Source: Dimorphilus gyrociliatus (Eukaryota; Animalia; Annelida). Taken from it: a stretch of 64,000 nt of DNA. Within the stretch, counting starts at the first letter, position 1; each line of letters starts with the position of its first letter. The stretch is taken from contig CAJFCJ010000004.1 of the NCBI GenBank assembly GCA_904063045.1, forward strand, positions 923,713-987,712. Reading direction: 5' to 3'. A model generated the notes under the pieces. That model worked only from the letters and a program-made list of their open reading frames with translations, had not been told where the DNA came from and ran no database searches. The position numbers and the translations under genes are program-made. Below, piece by piece: positions 39,390-52,122 of this stretch.

Positions 39390-40447
39390 TTTAAAAACAT
39401 AAGACAAACTGTTGATATTAGACAATTAAGTGAAACATGTTTTCAATACTATTTTGCTCTCATTCAGTTGTACATTTTGTTGGGAAAATAGTCTATTCAT
39501 ATTAATCTTTAAGGCCTATCAGGATGTTAGAATGATCTTATCTCCGAACGTCAAACTGTATAGATAGATAAAAAGAGATTAATTAGACGAAGTATTAAAT
39601 CAATCAAACTCTAAAAACAAAAAGAAAACAAAAATGGATTCAAACTCTAACCTACTTTATTTGCCCCAAAAGGCTACTCAAATGACCAATTAATGCATTG
39701 TTCTAGTATATATTATATATTTATAAATAAATCTATATATATATATAGATATAGACGTTTTTATGATTTTAAAATATTTGTCTATAATACCTATTACGCT
39801 ATAAAATAAATGAGAATAAGTTTGTGTAAACCATTAAACTAATACAATGCAAATTAATAAAAAAACGATTTAACATAAAGTGAAAGTTTCTTTAAACTAA
39901 CTCCCAAGAGACAAGACGAGCCTAATTAAGCTGGTTAAAACACTATACGTTTGATGTGGTTTGCAGAATAAAAACAGGATTTCTGGCCAAAAAAACTGTT
40001 ACTTGTTTACTAACAGGTTTATTTCATTCTTTTTAAATATATAGGTTAAATAAGTTTATTCTCTTCTTTTTTTATATTTAAGGCAACAAGCGTATTACAG
40101 CATACTGTGTTTTATATATCTTTTCTTACTTTCCTATCCACCCACCGAATACTTAATTATTCATATAATGTACAATATATAATCATTGTTTAAAGAAATT
40201 TTTACTTTAAATTCTACTCTCCTACGATGCAGAAAAAAAAGAGAATAAATCTAAATAAAAAGGGAGGAAAAAATAGTATCAACTATTACCTTTATCGTGA
40301 CATATTAGCTATTGTTAACCATGACAAAACTATAGGCCTTAACTTTGAATATTCTTAGTTATTTTTATATTACATAGAAAGCTCTTTTTACGCTTGGCAT
40401 TTAATAATTAAGTTATTTATCTTCTAGATACTGACACATGCTATGAA

Positions 40448-41084
40448 ATGATGCTTACTTTATTCTTTACCTCTCTGTGTCTAAATTTCATATGTAAGTT
40501 ATGAATATATGTTTTAATTTTCATATATTTTTATTAACCTATTGATTTAGCTATTCGAATTAGAATATATTGTAGCATATTTTCTTATTTTTAGATGTGA
40601 ATCTCGTTGATGGTGTAAATACAACAAAAAAGCTTGAAATTGTTATAGGTATGCTAAAAAGAATAGTCTATCCTTTCTCTCCTTATCATTAAGGAAATTA
40701 CTTTCTTTTTTAACTATACATAAGTCCATCAAGGTATTTAAATCCTTGGGGGAAATATAATGTCTCTTTTGGTTTTTATCTTTTCTACAGTCCAATTTTC
40801 AATTATTAAAGATGTATACAATGTTATCATATAGTTTACATTATATTGTACATCTCTAAAATATGCATTTTCAATTAACTAATTCGTACAGACGTCTCTT
40901 ATAATATTCTCTTTCTCCTTTAAATATTTCAGATAAATACTCCACTGGGGATCATTCTTTGGAAATTCTCATAGCTCTAATATGTTTTTGTGCCGTAGTG
41001 ACTTTAATGATTTGTTTTATTCTAGTAATATCTACTTGTCTTAAGCTCAGTGATAAAAATGATAAAATGGATACATTTATATAG
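40448..41084 (+). CDS. Small single-pass membrane protein (83 aa, 3 exons), unknown function
   Basis: Exons 40448-40493 (t|gtaagt), 40595-40648 (g|gtatgc) and 40933-41084, both introns phase 1 GT-AG, total 252 nt. Translation: MMLTLFFTSLCLNFIYVNLVDGVNTTKKLEIVIDKYSTGDHSLEILIALICFCAVVTLMICFILVISTCLKLSDKNDKMDTFI. Confidence 0.6.
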
Positions 41085-41924
41085 CAATAAATGATAAATT
41101 TAAAAAATGTCCATTAAATGTTTTGTAAATATAATAAAACAAGTGAAAATACTGATTTAGCTTATTTCTGCTATGTTAGAAAAGTCAAATGTACTTTTGC
41201 TTCAATAAATACCATAGAAAATAGCACTCTAATGAAATTGTCAATGTTAATATTGCTTCGTACTATATATTAAATAGGGTGGTTTTATTATACTAATCCA
41301 AAAATCTTGGAAGAAAAAATCCGAGGTTAACTTAATCTATATAATTCTATTAACAAGTAAAGTATACTTAAGAAGTTGAAGGACTAATGTAAGGAATATT
41401 CTCTCATTTCTATATAATAGCCTTATATTTTAATCTACGTTAAATTTTAAAGTATTATTACACTATTTTTCTATAAAATCTATTAAAAACGATTAGTAAT
41501 ATGTCTAACAATACTTTACATTTCTTCTATCAATAGTCAAGTTACGATATTTATGCGTTGTCTACATAAATATTCCAATTTTTGCTGATTGTTAGTTGAT
41601 TTAAAATAGAAAAACAAGATTGATCAAGTTTTTCTATTTAGAAAAATAAGAAAAAAGACAAATCTTATTGACATTGCTTTAATTTATTATAAAAGACAAT
41701 TCCTTTTTTGTTATTAAAATTTATACGAATAATTTACCTATGTCTTTTGAATTGTATTTTTTTCTTCGATTTATGTAAATTCTTCTTCTTTTATGTTGAA
41801 TTTTTAAAAATGTTCACAACCTAGTCTCGTTTTTCTTTTATACACATTTAATTATGAAATTAGTAGAGAAGAAAGAGATGGCGTGATAAAATTTTAAACA
41901 TTTTTTAAATATTTTACAACTCAT

Positions 41925-44900
41925 TTAACTAAAAAAGCCAAACATGAAAGTTGCAACTGACAATAAAATTACAGCGTTTATGTTACATATCCATTTGTAT
42001 AATCTATCTTCCTTTAGAGTCATTTTATCATCAATTATTGAAGTTTCTCTTGATTGCTCTTGTTTTTCTATACCACATATCCAAAAGAAAGCTTTCTTAT
42101 ACCAAGGTATATTTTCTCCTGTATATGATAAAAAGATATAATTAAGCTGAGACATAAGCTAATGCTTTTGCAATGAAAAGAACCTGTATCAAACATGGAA
42201 TTATCAATTACGGTTTCCTTGCTCCTATCAACCTCTACTGGTAAGTCGTCGTCAGCTTTCTCTTTCTTCGAGTATCTTGACCAAAATGTTGTTCCTATAC
42301 TCTGCAATTGTAGAAGAGTTTAAAGAAGAAAGCTTGAAGAAGTATTTTATATTTTCGCTTACGTATTTTTTTGGTAACGGCTTTGTTAGTAAACTCACGA
42401 CAACTGCGACTAAAACAGTGAAAAAGAAAACAAAGATTCCAAAATATAAGTAATGAAAATTCTTAATTATAGATGGTCTGTTGTCCTCTTCTCCGCATTG
42501 AGGATTACCATAGACAATCTCTAAGATAAATCTTAGTAATCCTGTACCTAAACCAATTACAGCTGACCAAAATGCACCCTTGTTTCAAATATATGAAAAA
42601 GAAACATTGTAAGGAGTTAATAATATTTATTACGAAAGCGTTATGTCTACTTGTTCGTTCATCCTTGACCAAAATATAGATGCAACATAGACTGCGCATA
42701 CAGGAGGTTGAAGAAAACTTGAAACTCTTTGAACGTAAACAAATAATTGACTTCCCTGAGTTGCTTGAATGATTGGTACCCAAGCAATACTTATACCCAC
42801 TAAGACAACAACTGTGAGTCTGTGATGATATGAAAACAATTTAAGGTCTTAATAATTATACTCCATAAAAGAATCTATAAATGTAAACCTTCCCACTATC
42901 ATTAATTCAAAATCTTGAGCATTTTTTCTTATTCTTTTCCAAACATCGAGAGTGAATACAGTGCTACTACTGTTAAAAATTGACGTAAGAGACGACATTA
43001 AAGCACTGAGAATAACTGCTAACATAACGCCTCTTGCACCTAAATAGTTTGCATTATAAGTTTACATAAAGTATATAGGCACTGTACAATATTATGAAAA
43101 TCAACTACCATTAGGCATTAGATTTAATACTAATTTTGGATAAGCTGTATTGGTGCATCCCGACCTACTTTTACAAACTTCATAGCAAACATCAGGATCA
43201 ATGCAAGCTACTTCCTCTGAAAAAATTTCAATACAATTAAACTGCCATCTACTGGACAAGTTTTCATATATGTAATTATGATAGCTTGTTGCTTTTTTCC
43301 TAACCCGTATAAAGTATTCTTGAGATCATTCCAGGGAATATCAAGAGGAATAGTGGAAGTAATTTCAAATAGCCAGCTAATACACAACCAGCCTTGGCGT
43401 GTGTGAAATTTTTTCCAGATAAGGTTCGCTGAACAATAACCTGTTATAGATAAATCACCATAAAAAATGAAATAAAAAAGTAATAATTCACCAACTTGAT
43501 CAGCACACCAGTACCATATTGATGAAAAGGTAATTCCCAGTAATCCTGGCCAAGGTACATCACCCTCTTTAGGACTTCTACAAAGGGTATTAAAATAGAA
43601 AACTTAAAATACGAAAGATTATAGTTTTAAACTGAACCTTAAGAAGTTTAGGTAATCTTTTCGAGGTAGACCACAAGTAGAATTAGAATATATTGATGAG
43701 TTAGCAATTGATCGTTCATACTTATATTTCATATTTTCGAACCCGCCCACTTCTATAAAGGCTATAATTAAATAATCATGTTAGAATATGTTTTATCTTT
43801 GTCCTTGTTGTTCTTCTTTAAGTAGATTATTGATTATACACACCCATGATCATTAAAGAAAATGCACCACATAACATTATCCCAGTTTGTATAAAATCCG
43901 TCCATATTACCGCCGTTAAACCTCCTATAAAATAGGTCAAATTTAATTTCAGGATATGACGAATATATAACTACAAAGATATTCATTCATTTCTGATAAT
44001 ATCTTAATTACGGGCCTTATTTTGGCTAGTTTTTTCCACTTTTTTTTAAACACAAAACTGATATATATGACGCCATCTGTTGTAAAATAATAACAATCAT
44101 AATAAAACCAAAAAGCATTTTTTCACCTGTTATTGTAAATATTGAAGCAATAACTAAAAGAATTGCAGTTGACAGGTAAATATTCCATTTTAATGACTGT
44201 TCTATAAAAATTGCACCAGCAAATAAATCAGCCTAATCAAAGAAAATGACTCTTTATTTCTCAGGATCATTGAAAAAGAAAGACAGACCGAAATTTTTGT
44301 GAATATGTATAGTAATAAAGATAAAACAGCCAAGTAAATTTGTAACCTTTGTCCCCCAAATCTTTTGTGCAAGTATTCAGGCATGGTAAAAACCTAATTG
44401 AATAGCCAATTGATAATTACGTAATAACTTATTAAGAATACACTCACCCCGGAAGCTATATAAACAGGCATAAACAACCAACCCAGCATCATGAGTACAA
44501 AGATTGCCTGAAGTATGTGGGATTGTTTTTATTAACAACTAATGTTATTTGCTATATATAAATCTAGTACGTTTAGTTCAAATCCTCCAACAGCAATTCC
44601 TGCAGCAGCTCCAGATCCCGCTAAACCGATGAAATGTAAACTACCGATATTACTAGCAAAAAGAGATGCTCCCAACTTTTTTTAACGGGCATAAAATGAT
44701 TTAATTAGACAAGTTTTTGTTAAAAAAAAAATTAACTAATTAATTAATTATTACGGGAAGCCAATGCATGTTTCTACCAGCCAGAAAATATCCGCCAACA
44801 CTACCTCGATTTGATCTCGACGTCTAGGTGTAACATTATTAAATAGCGTGTATTTAAGATTTTTATAATATATGGATATTTTCCAATAAAATTTACAAAC

Positions 44901-44990
44901 CCATAGTCCAACTGTTAATATAAATATAAAATAAACTATGATAATTGCAATATCTGCTGCATGAAGTGATGTGTTTCCAACAGTCGCCAT
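41925..44990 (-). CDS. SLC5A: Sodium:solute symporter, SLC5A sugar/myo-inositol cotransporter subfamily, about 16 exons
   Basis: Exon peptides read through short introns: [128 protein letters not shown]. Confidence 0.95.
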
Positions 44991-46612
44991 TTTAAAAACA
45001 AAAGTTGAATATAGTTGATAAGTAGTTATAAAAGAAGTGATCTGATTTTATTAGCTTTTTATCTATTGATACCTATTAGATTAGATTTAAAGATTTTTCT
45101 CTTTATTCTACTTAACGAGGCATGCATAATTCTATATAGTCTATAATTTGTTCAAGTTTTAAGTAAAGTACTACTTGAAAATATGAAAAAAATTTTATTA
45201 TCTAGTACTCAAGCAAAGTAAAAATAAACAAGTAAATAAGCAGAAAAACATGAGTAAAAATACGAATGAGCACTATAAAGGGATAAAGAAAGAGATTTGC
45301 TCAAAGATAATTTTTGGAGACAGATTAATCTTAATCCTTTCTTTTTCTAGATCGTATAAAAAAATATAATAGTCAATAACCTTATTGTATTTTTAAAGCT
45401 AAAAATTGTTCCTTAATTACCCGTCTTTTTGAAAATACACGTGACAAAATAAGATTTGGTATATCTATAGAATTAAAGTTATAAAATAAACCAACAAGGT
45501 TAGTTTGGTATACAACTATAACAAATATATGCTCTGATTACACATTTACTTTTTGATAAAGAGAAAAAAGAGGAAAATATTAATAAAGTATAATTTAAGT
45601 AGATTCTTTTACTTATTTCGAGTAGTTTCCATTATTTTTATAATAGTATCATCTTTCAAAGTTCTTAATAGTCAGTTTTATATAAAATAAGCATTTACCA
45701 AATGTCAAAAATACCATTAACCCCTAAATTTAACTTTGTAGAAGGCTATAAATAACAAATATCTATTTCGATTGAATAAAGAGCAGTGGTTTTATATATC
45801 TTTTAACATAATTAAGGAACTTTTAATCAATAAATTAGTCTAATATAATAGAAAATATTACTAATCAAAAGTTATTGTTATTTAATTCTTGGAAGAAATA
45901 CACCTTTTGTTTATAAACAACTTGCATTAACTTTTTCTTTTTATTATTACGCAATACTATCGTAATAATTTCAAAAATATAGTCAGCAATTTCACTAAGT
46001 AAAAAATTTTAGGGGTCATATTATAAGAGATTTATTTTAATCCGTTATTGAAATTATTTCTCTATACGGTAGTTTCAAAGTGTTTGATTACTATAAGGGC
46101 TAAAATATACCAGTGGAAATAATGAAATAAGCACAATAAATAATAAAGAGAAACCGTTCGATAATGTTGTCCTTAAGTTTACTTTTAACCCATTTGTGAA
46201 TCTACGACAATTTTACACATGAAATTCAAGTAAATATTAATTAATATCAACTAAAAATTTGGTATATATAGTATTAAAAACTATAGGGAAAGCTTAATGA
46301 CCTTTGAATAGGAATAAATAACCTTTCTTTTACAATTGGAAAATTTTTTTATTCAAAGTGACCCGAACTACTGAAACATAGATAGGTAAGGATTATCAAA
46401 GGCTTACAATACGTACGCTTTATATTTAATCAAATATGCTATTAATGACTAATCTGACTGAAGAAATTTAATACGTATAGTTATTGAACTCACTTTTCTA
46501 TCGGTCACTGTTTGAACATGTGTTGCTTTACGACTATCAAACCGATATAAGTTTCTCACGTTCGTAGCATAGAACTTTATGGATCTAGGAATAATTTAGG
46601 AGTGAGAGTAAT

Positions 46613-48007
46613 ATGGAAAAGTTGGTTGCCACTGCCCAAATATTTTCAAGAAATTTTCATAATGACGACGATTTCATAGATCGTATTAATCACCGATATA
46701 CGACAAGTATTCTTCTTATATTTAGTATGATAGTTTCTACGAAACAATACGTTGGAGAACCAATCAATTGTTGGTGTCCCGCTCATTTTACTACAAGTCA
46801 TGTAGCATATGCGAATTCAGTTTGTTGGGTTAAAAATACTTATTACGTTCCTCCCTCTACATTTCATATAAATAATAACGCACCAAAGAAGATGATTGTC
46901 TATTATCAATGGGTTCCGATGATTCTTCTATGTTTGGGGATGATTTTATACATTCCCCGATTATTTTGGAAAATGATGAACGGTAGATCAGGAATAGAAA
47001 TAAATGATATGGTTGAAGCTGCCAGTGCCTTACAAATAACTAAAAAAGAAGTAAATAGAGAGAGGACTTTACAAACTCTGGTTCAAATTATTCATAGATA
47101 TCTTATGACAAAAACAGAAAGGTATAGACTCGGCTGCAGGGATAGTATTAAACGCTTCTTTAGAATTACTAGCCGTTGCTGTGGAACAAGCTCTGGAAAT
47201 TATTTAGTTTCCATTTTTATTGTTACAAAAATACTATATTCACTTACCAGTATTGGCTTATTCTTCTCTTTAAACTTGTTTTTGGGGAAAAAATTTCATT
47301 TTTACGGAATATTATTCATTAAGGCAATGATGTCTAATTCAGAATATAATACTTCTGACATGTTTCCAACAGTTACCCTTTGCGATTTTGAAATGAGAAC
47401 TCTTAACAATATCCAAGGACATACTTTGCAGTGTGTACTCCCAATTAATTTATTTAATGATAAGATATTTATTTGTATTTGGTTCTGGCTGATTATTTTG
47501 TCAACATTAAATCTATTTAAATTATTGTTCTGGATTTGTGTCATATGTACACAAAAGGAACAAACTAAATTTATAAGGGTTTGTATTCGGACCTTAATTT
47601 CCTTTAATAGTAATTAAAATAGTTTATATTATTATTAGTATTATGAAGATTATTTTTATTGTTAATATTGTTGTTATTATTATTACTTTAAAAGTAGTCA
47701 ACTAGATGGCACTTGTTACATCTTTCTAATATTTTCTACAAATTAACAGGCACAATTGGAGGTTAGTAAAAGAGTTCAGACTAACATGAAGAGGGAAGAC
47801 AACGTGGATATTGTCGATTTCTCAGTCAAACGCTTCAGTGAAGATCATTTACAACAAGACGGCGTTTTAATATTAAAATTAATTGGTTTGAATGCTAATA
47901 AGATCGTGGTTTCAGAGCTAACTGCTGAGCTATTTAGAAACTGGAATACTGCTACTGGTGAAAATTGCAAGCATGCCTCAAATGGTCATCGAGGGAGTGA
48001 CGTTTAG
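46613..48007 (+). CDS. inx: Innexin (invertebrate gap-junction protein), 2 exons, 407 aa
   Basis: Exons 46613-47578 and 47750-48007 (phase 0). DDDFIDRINHRYT, KQYVGEPINCWCP, YANSVCWVKNTYY, YYQWVP, FPTVTLCDF, QCVLPINLFNDKIFICIWFW, QDGVLILKLI. Confidence 0.97.
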
Positions 48008-49002
48008 CCTAAAAAAATATAACAAATTTTTTGTATCCTGATACGATATTATAAAAAAGGGAAAGTTATGAAGTTTTCTACTTTACCTTCAATTTTTATA
48101 CAAATAATTTTTAATATTCAATTGGGTAGTAAAACGTCAACGTTGATTGCGGACAAGGATTTAATTATATACAAGATACATATATACAGTATTAAACATA
48201 TACAATATGTATATATAATATTCAAGTGAAATATCACCACTGTTCTTCCTTTTTTTTACAGTAAATAAAAAAAATTGTTTTATTTGTACAAATTATACGT
48301 TTTGTTTTTATTTTCTTATCAATAGAGAAAAATGGCATTAAAGCCAATAAATTACTAATGGTGCTTCACATCGTAAAAAATTATTCAACTTTAATAATCT
48401 TGGTTATATGGTACCTTAGAAACAGGGACTTGTAAATATATACTGTATATAAACTCCTTTTTGGTTTTCTACTAATATATTCCCAATTAATGTCACATTT
48501 TCTGAATGATTTTTGTATTACTTTTACGTGATGTATACAAGTAAATAGACTGTACGTATTGACGTATATACACTATACATTCTGTATATATATATATATG
48601 TATCAAAACGCTGATGTATACTAAATGTTTGTTAATAAATTTTCAAAGAAAATGATGTATATATACTATATATACAGTATATATATATATATATAAATAT
48701 GTTTTCCTAGCTTTGATGTTGATTTCAATACTTTAGAAACTTTATAAAATAATAGAATATGTTTTTTTAAAACTTATAATTTTCATAAATCGACCAAAAA
48801 AGATACACTTTTACCATTAGAGAAAATTTGTTTGAAATTATATAAAATTGTTTTGTCCTAGTTGTATAATTTGATAGAAGAATTAGTTGGAAACTTTTTA
48901 GAGATTTAAGAGCATATATATCTATATATATATATATATATATATAGATTTATACTAGAAAATAACATTGGATACTCCTACGTTCATTGCGGTCAAACGA
49001 AA

Positions 49003-49853
49003 ATGAAGATTGTAATTTTATTACTAGTGTTTACTTTTTCAACAGGTTGAAAATAGTTTCACTTAATAAAGATTAAGAGATTTGTTTTATATTATATTAT
49101 ATAATTGTTTATGCTGTTTATTTAGATACAGTATATTTATATATTATTTAAGTTCATTCTGATTAATTAAATACTCATATCAGTTGCTCTATCTCTGTGG
49201 GAGTGTAATTGTGGAGGAGAATATGATCCAGTTTGCGGTATCGATGGAAAATCTTATAGTAATATGTGCCTTTTAAAGTGTCGGTAAGTAAGATATTCCC
49301 GGATTTCTTACTCATTTTTATTCTTATTTATGTTTCGAGTAGGTGACTGCAAATAAGGCTATTTGTATAAAAAGTATAAAAAAAACTATGATTGACGATA
49401 TATATTTAGATGTTAATAAGTCTATTGTATACTTTCTCATTAGCTGCTTGTCATTTACTTTTTAGAAAAGTTGAATTTAAACACAAAGGAGAATGCGAGA
49501 AACAATGCTTTTGTCCTAAAAACTTCGACCCAGTCTGTGGTAGTGACGGCTTCACGTATTGGAATGGATGCAACGCGGAATGCTCCGGAGTAAAAGTTAT
49601 ATATTCTAGGGCTTGTATAAAAGAGTGTAAGTGCCCAAAGAAATATAGACCAACTTGCGGGGTTGATGGTTGGACGTACTCGAATGAATGCCAAGCTAAA
49701 TGTAACGGAGCTGAGGTCAAACATTTAGGTATTTGTTCCTGCTTCGGTTCAGCAGTCTTTGATCCCGTTTGTGGCTACGATGGGCGTACTTATGCTAATG
49801 AGGAAACTGCCAAATGCAAGCACGTAGCTATTAAGACGAAAGGTCGTTGCTAA
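49003..49853 (+). CDS. Secreted Kazal-type serine protease inhibitor with four short domains, 3 exons, 176 aa
   Basis: Exons 49003-49045 (signal peptide MKIVILLLVFTFST), 49184-49283 and 49466-49853, all in phase. Four P-V/T-CG-x-DG-x-T/S-Y-x-N repeats with the compact C-x-C spacing of leech LDTI/bdellin-type domains. Confidence 0.93.
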
Positions 49854-52122
49854 CCCTTTTATAAGAGAGAATTTTTTGCTGATTAGTTATCGTCACTCAA
49901 AAGTAATGAAATTATAAAACATAGCTTTTAACCTTTTCAAGATTTGCTAATAAACTTAGTCTTTATCCAATAAGATAGTTATTTTTCTTTAATGATCTGC
50001 TAAATAGTAATGAACCCTTTGAATAACACTTAATAGCCTCTTTGCAACTATAGAAAGAAATGTTATGTATGAAAATATTGTACATGGAATTAGAGATCTT
50101 ATGCTTTCTACCCTTATTATAAATATCTTACTAAGCATTTCCGATATAAAGCTTATTATAAGGAATTTATATATTTGTCTAACCTAAACAAAACGCATTA
50201 ATCAATACGAGTTTACTTGTCAAGTCTGTAATACTAATTTCCTTTTTTTATCCTTTTCCTTTATTCTTCTATCAGCTGCCGAAAAGCAAACAAGATAATA
50301 ACAAAACTACAAATTTCTATTTTATGAAAGCATCAATTTTCACATAATGGTTGATCGATAATTACATACTCTTTTCATACGTTCTCAATTTTTTTTTCTA
50401 CATTGAAGATATACGCTTTCTAGTACCCTGAGTATACGGTAAAAATATTAAAGGAGTAAGAAAAGGCCTATTTTATTGATTGTATAAAAAAAGAATTCCA
50501 AGATATCAATTAACGTATTCATAGATTACTAAAAGAAAAGAAAAAATTAGTGATCAATACACAAATCTCTAGCATGGTTTCTGTTTATTTGTGTAAAAAT
50601 TTTTTAATAGAGATGAAAGACCGTTTAAGGAAAAGCATAAAAACGAAGCTATATATTCCATAAAATTATACTAATATGTATACACTATATACAGTATATT
50701 GTGTACACTATGTCTGTCTGTCTGTCTGCCTGTTTTTGTATCTCTATCTAGCTGTCTCTCTCCCTCTCTCACTCTTTCTCTCTTTATGTATGTATATATA
50801 GACATATATATGCTACTTATTTACTGTACATGCTATTTAAAAATAGATCATATTAGATTTAATATATCTGGTTCACCACGCACCTTGTTTTACACGTTTG
50901 TACATTTGTGCGTTTAATTATGTTACTAACTACTCTGGGCATTTCCAAGAGATAATTATTCTTTTTAATAAATATTTTAATAATATATTAAGAGTCTAAT
51001 ACTGTTGATCTAAAAAAATATATGTACAATGTTAATTTTATATATGGTAGTTTAAGTAGACGTCAGATTTTTCATAATATTTTTTATATAATATATTTAA
51101 CCTTAGGAAAATAACTATCACGTTTATCTATTTAAATTAATATCTATGTATATATTGTGTCTTCATATAAAGCTTCCAAAATGTTTATTTTATCCTTTTT
51201 GACATTGACTTTAGAAAAACTACAAAAAAAAGGAAATATATCAATGAAAAATTGCATCATTTTGTGCATTTCTAAGCAAAAAGACCTAGTGTTTTTCATC
51301 GAAATCTGATTTCACAGGAAAGAGAATATTTTTTTATCATACTTTAGAAATATTTATTACAATATGTATTATACTAGCCTGATAATAGCATAACATATAT
51401 ATACAGTATATAGTGTATATCTAAATAACACAATTTAATTCTGTTGTATTGCATATAGCTGTGGAAATATTACTAGTATTATTATTTAACTATTTATATA
51501 TTTATATATATTGCATTGATATAAATCCAATATTAATTAAAATTACATAATCAATTTAGTTAGGTAAATATTTAATGTCGCAAATTTTTCTTTTGCAACT
51601 ATATTCTAATTATTATCGGACTTTGTCCCAAAATCAGGTATGATTTTAGTTAGACCATACAATAACAAGTAAGTATTTTGTAGAACCTGGCGCCTTAGCA
51701 TACAAATATTTTTGTTCGCAAGTGAATATGTTAGGTTCAGTATTCTATAGTCTTTCTATAAAAATTCTTCACGCGCATTTTTATAGATGAATAGGTTTAA
51801 AAAATTATTTTATATATACTAATTTTTACCATAAGCAGCCATTTTACAGCTATTTACACTTAAGGAGCACTATCTTTATCCTTTGAAAATCTCTATTGAT
51901 CATTTGCATCTAAAATTAACATCGCAAAGAAGTTTGTTGTTCTTTTATGACAATATTATTTTTAAAATATGACTTTTCCGTTGTATATTGTATTAGTAGT
52001 TTTCTGTGACGTACAAATAGGAGATTTAAGTATGAAATAGAATTATAACAAAAGAATTTAGATAATTTTCTGTAATTACAGAATAGAAAAAAGATAATAC
52101 AAATTTTTGATTGATTTTTCAG

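Noticed and set aside
49451-49724. Antisense Cys-containing ORFs over the Kazal gene
   Set aside because: Shadow frames of the repetitive plus-strand coding exon.
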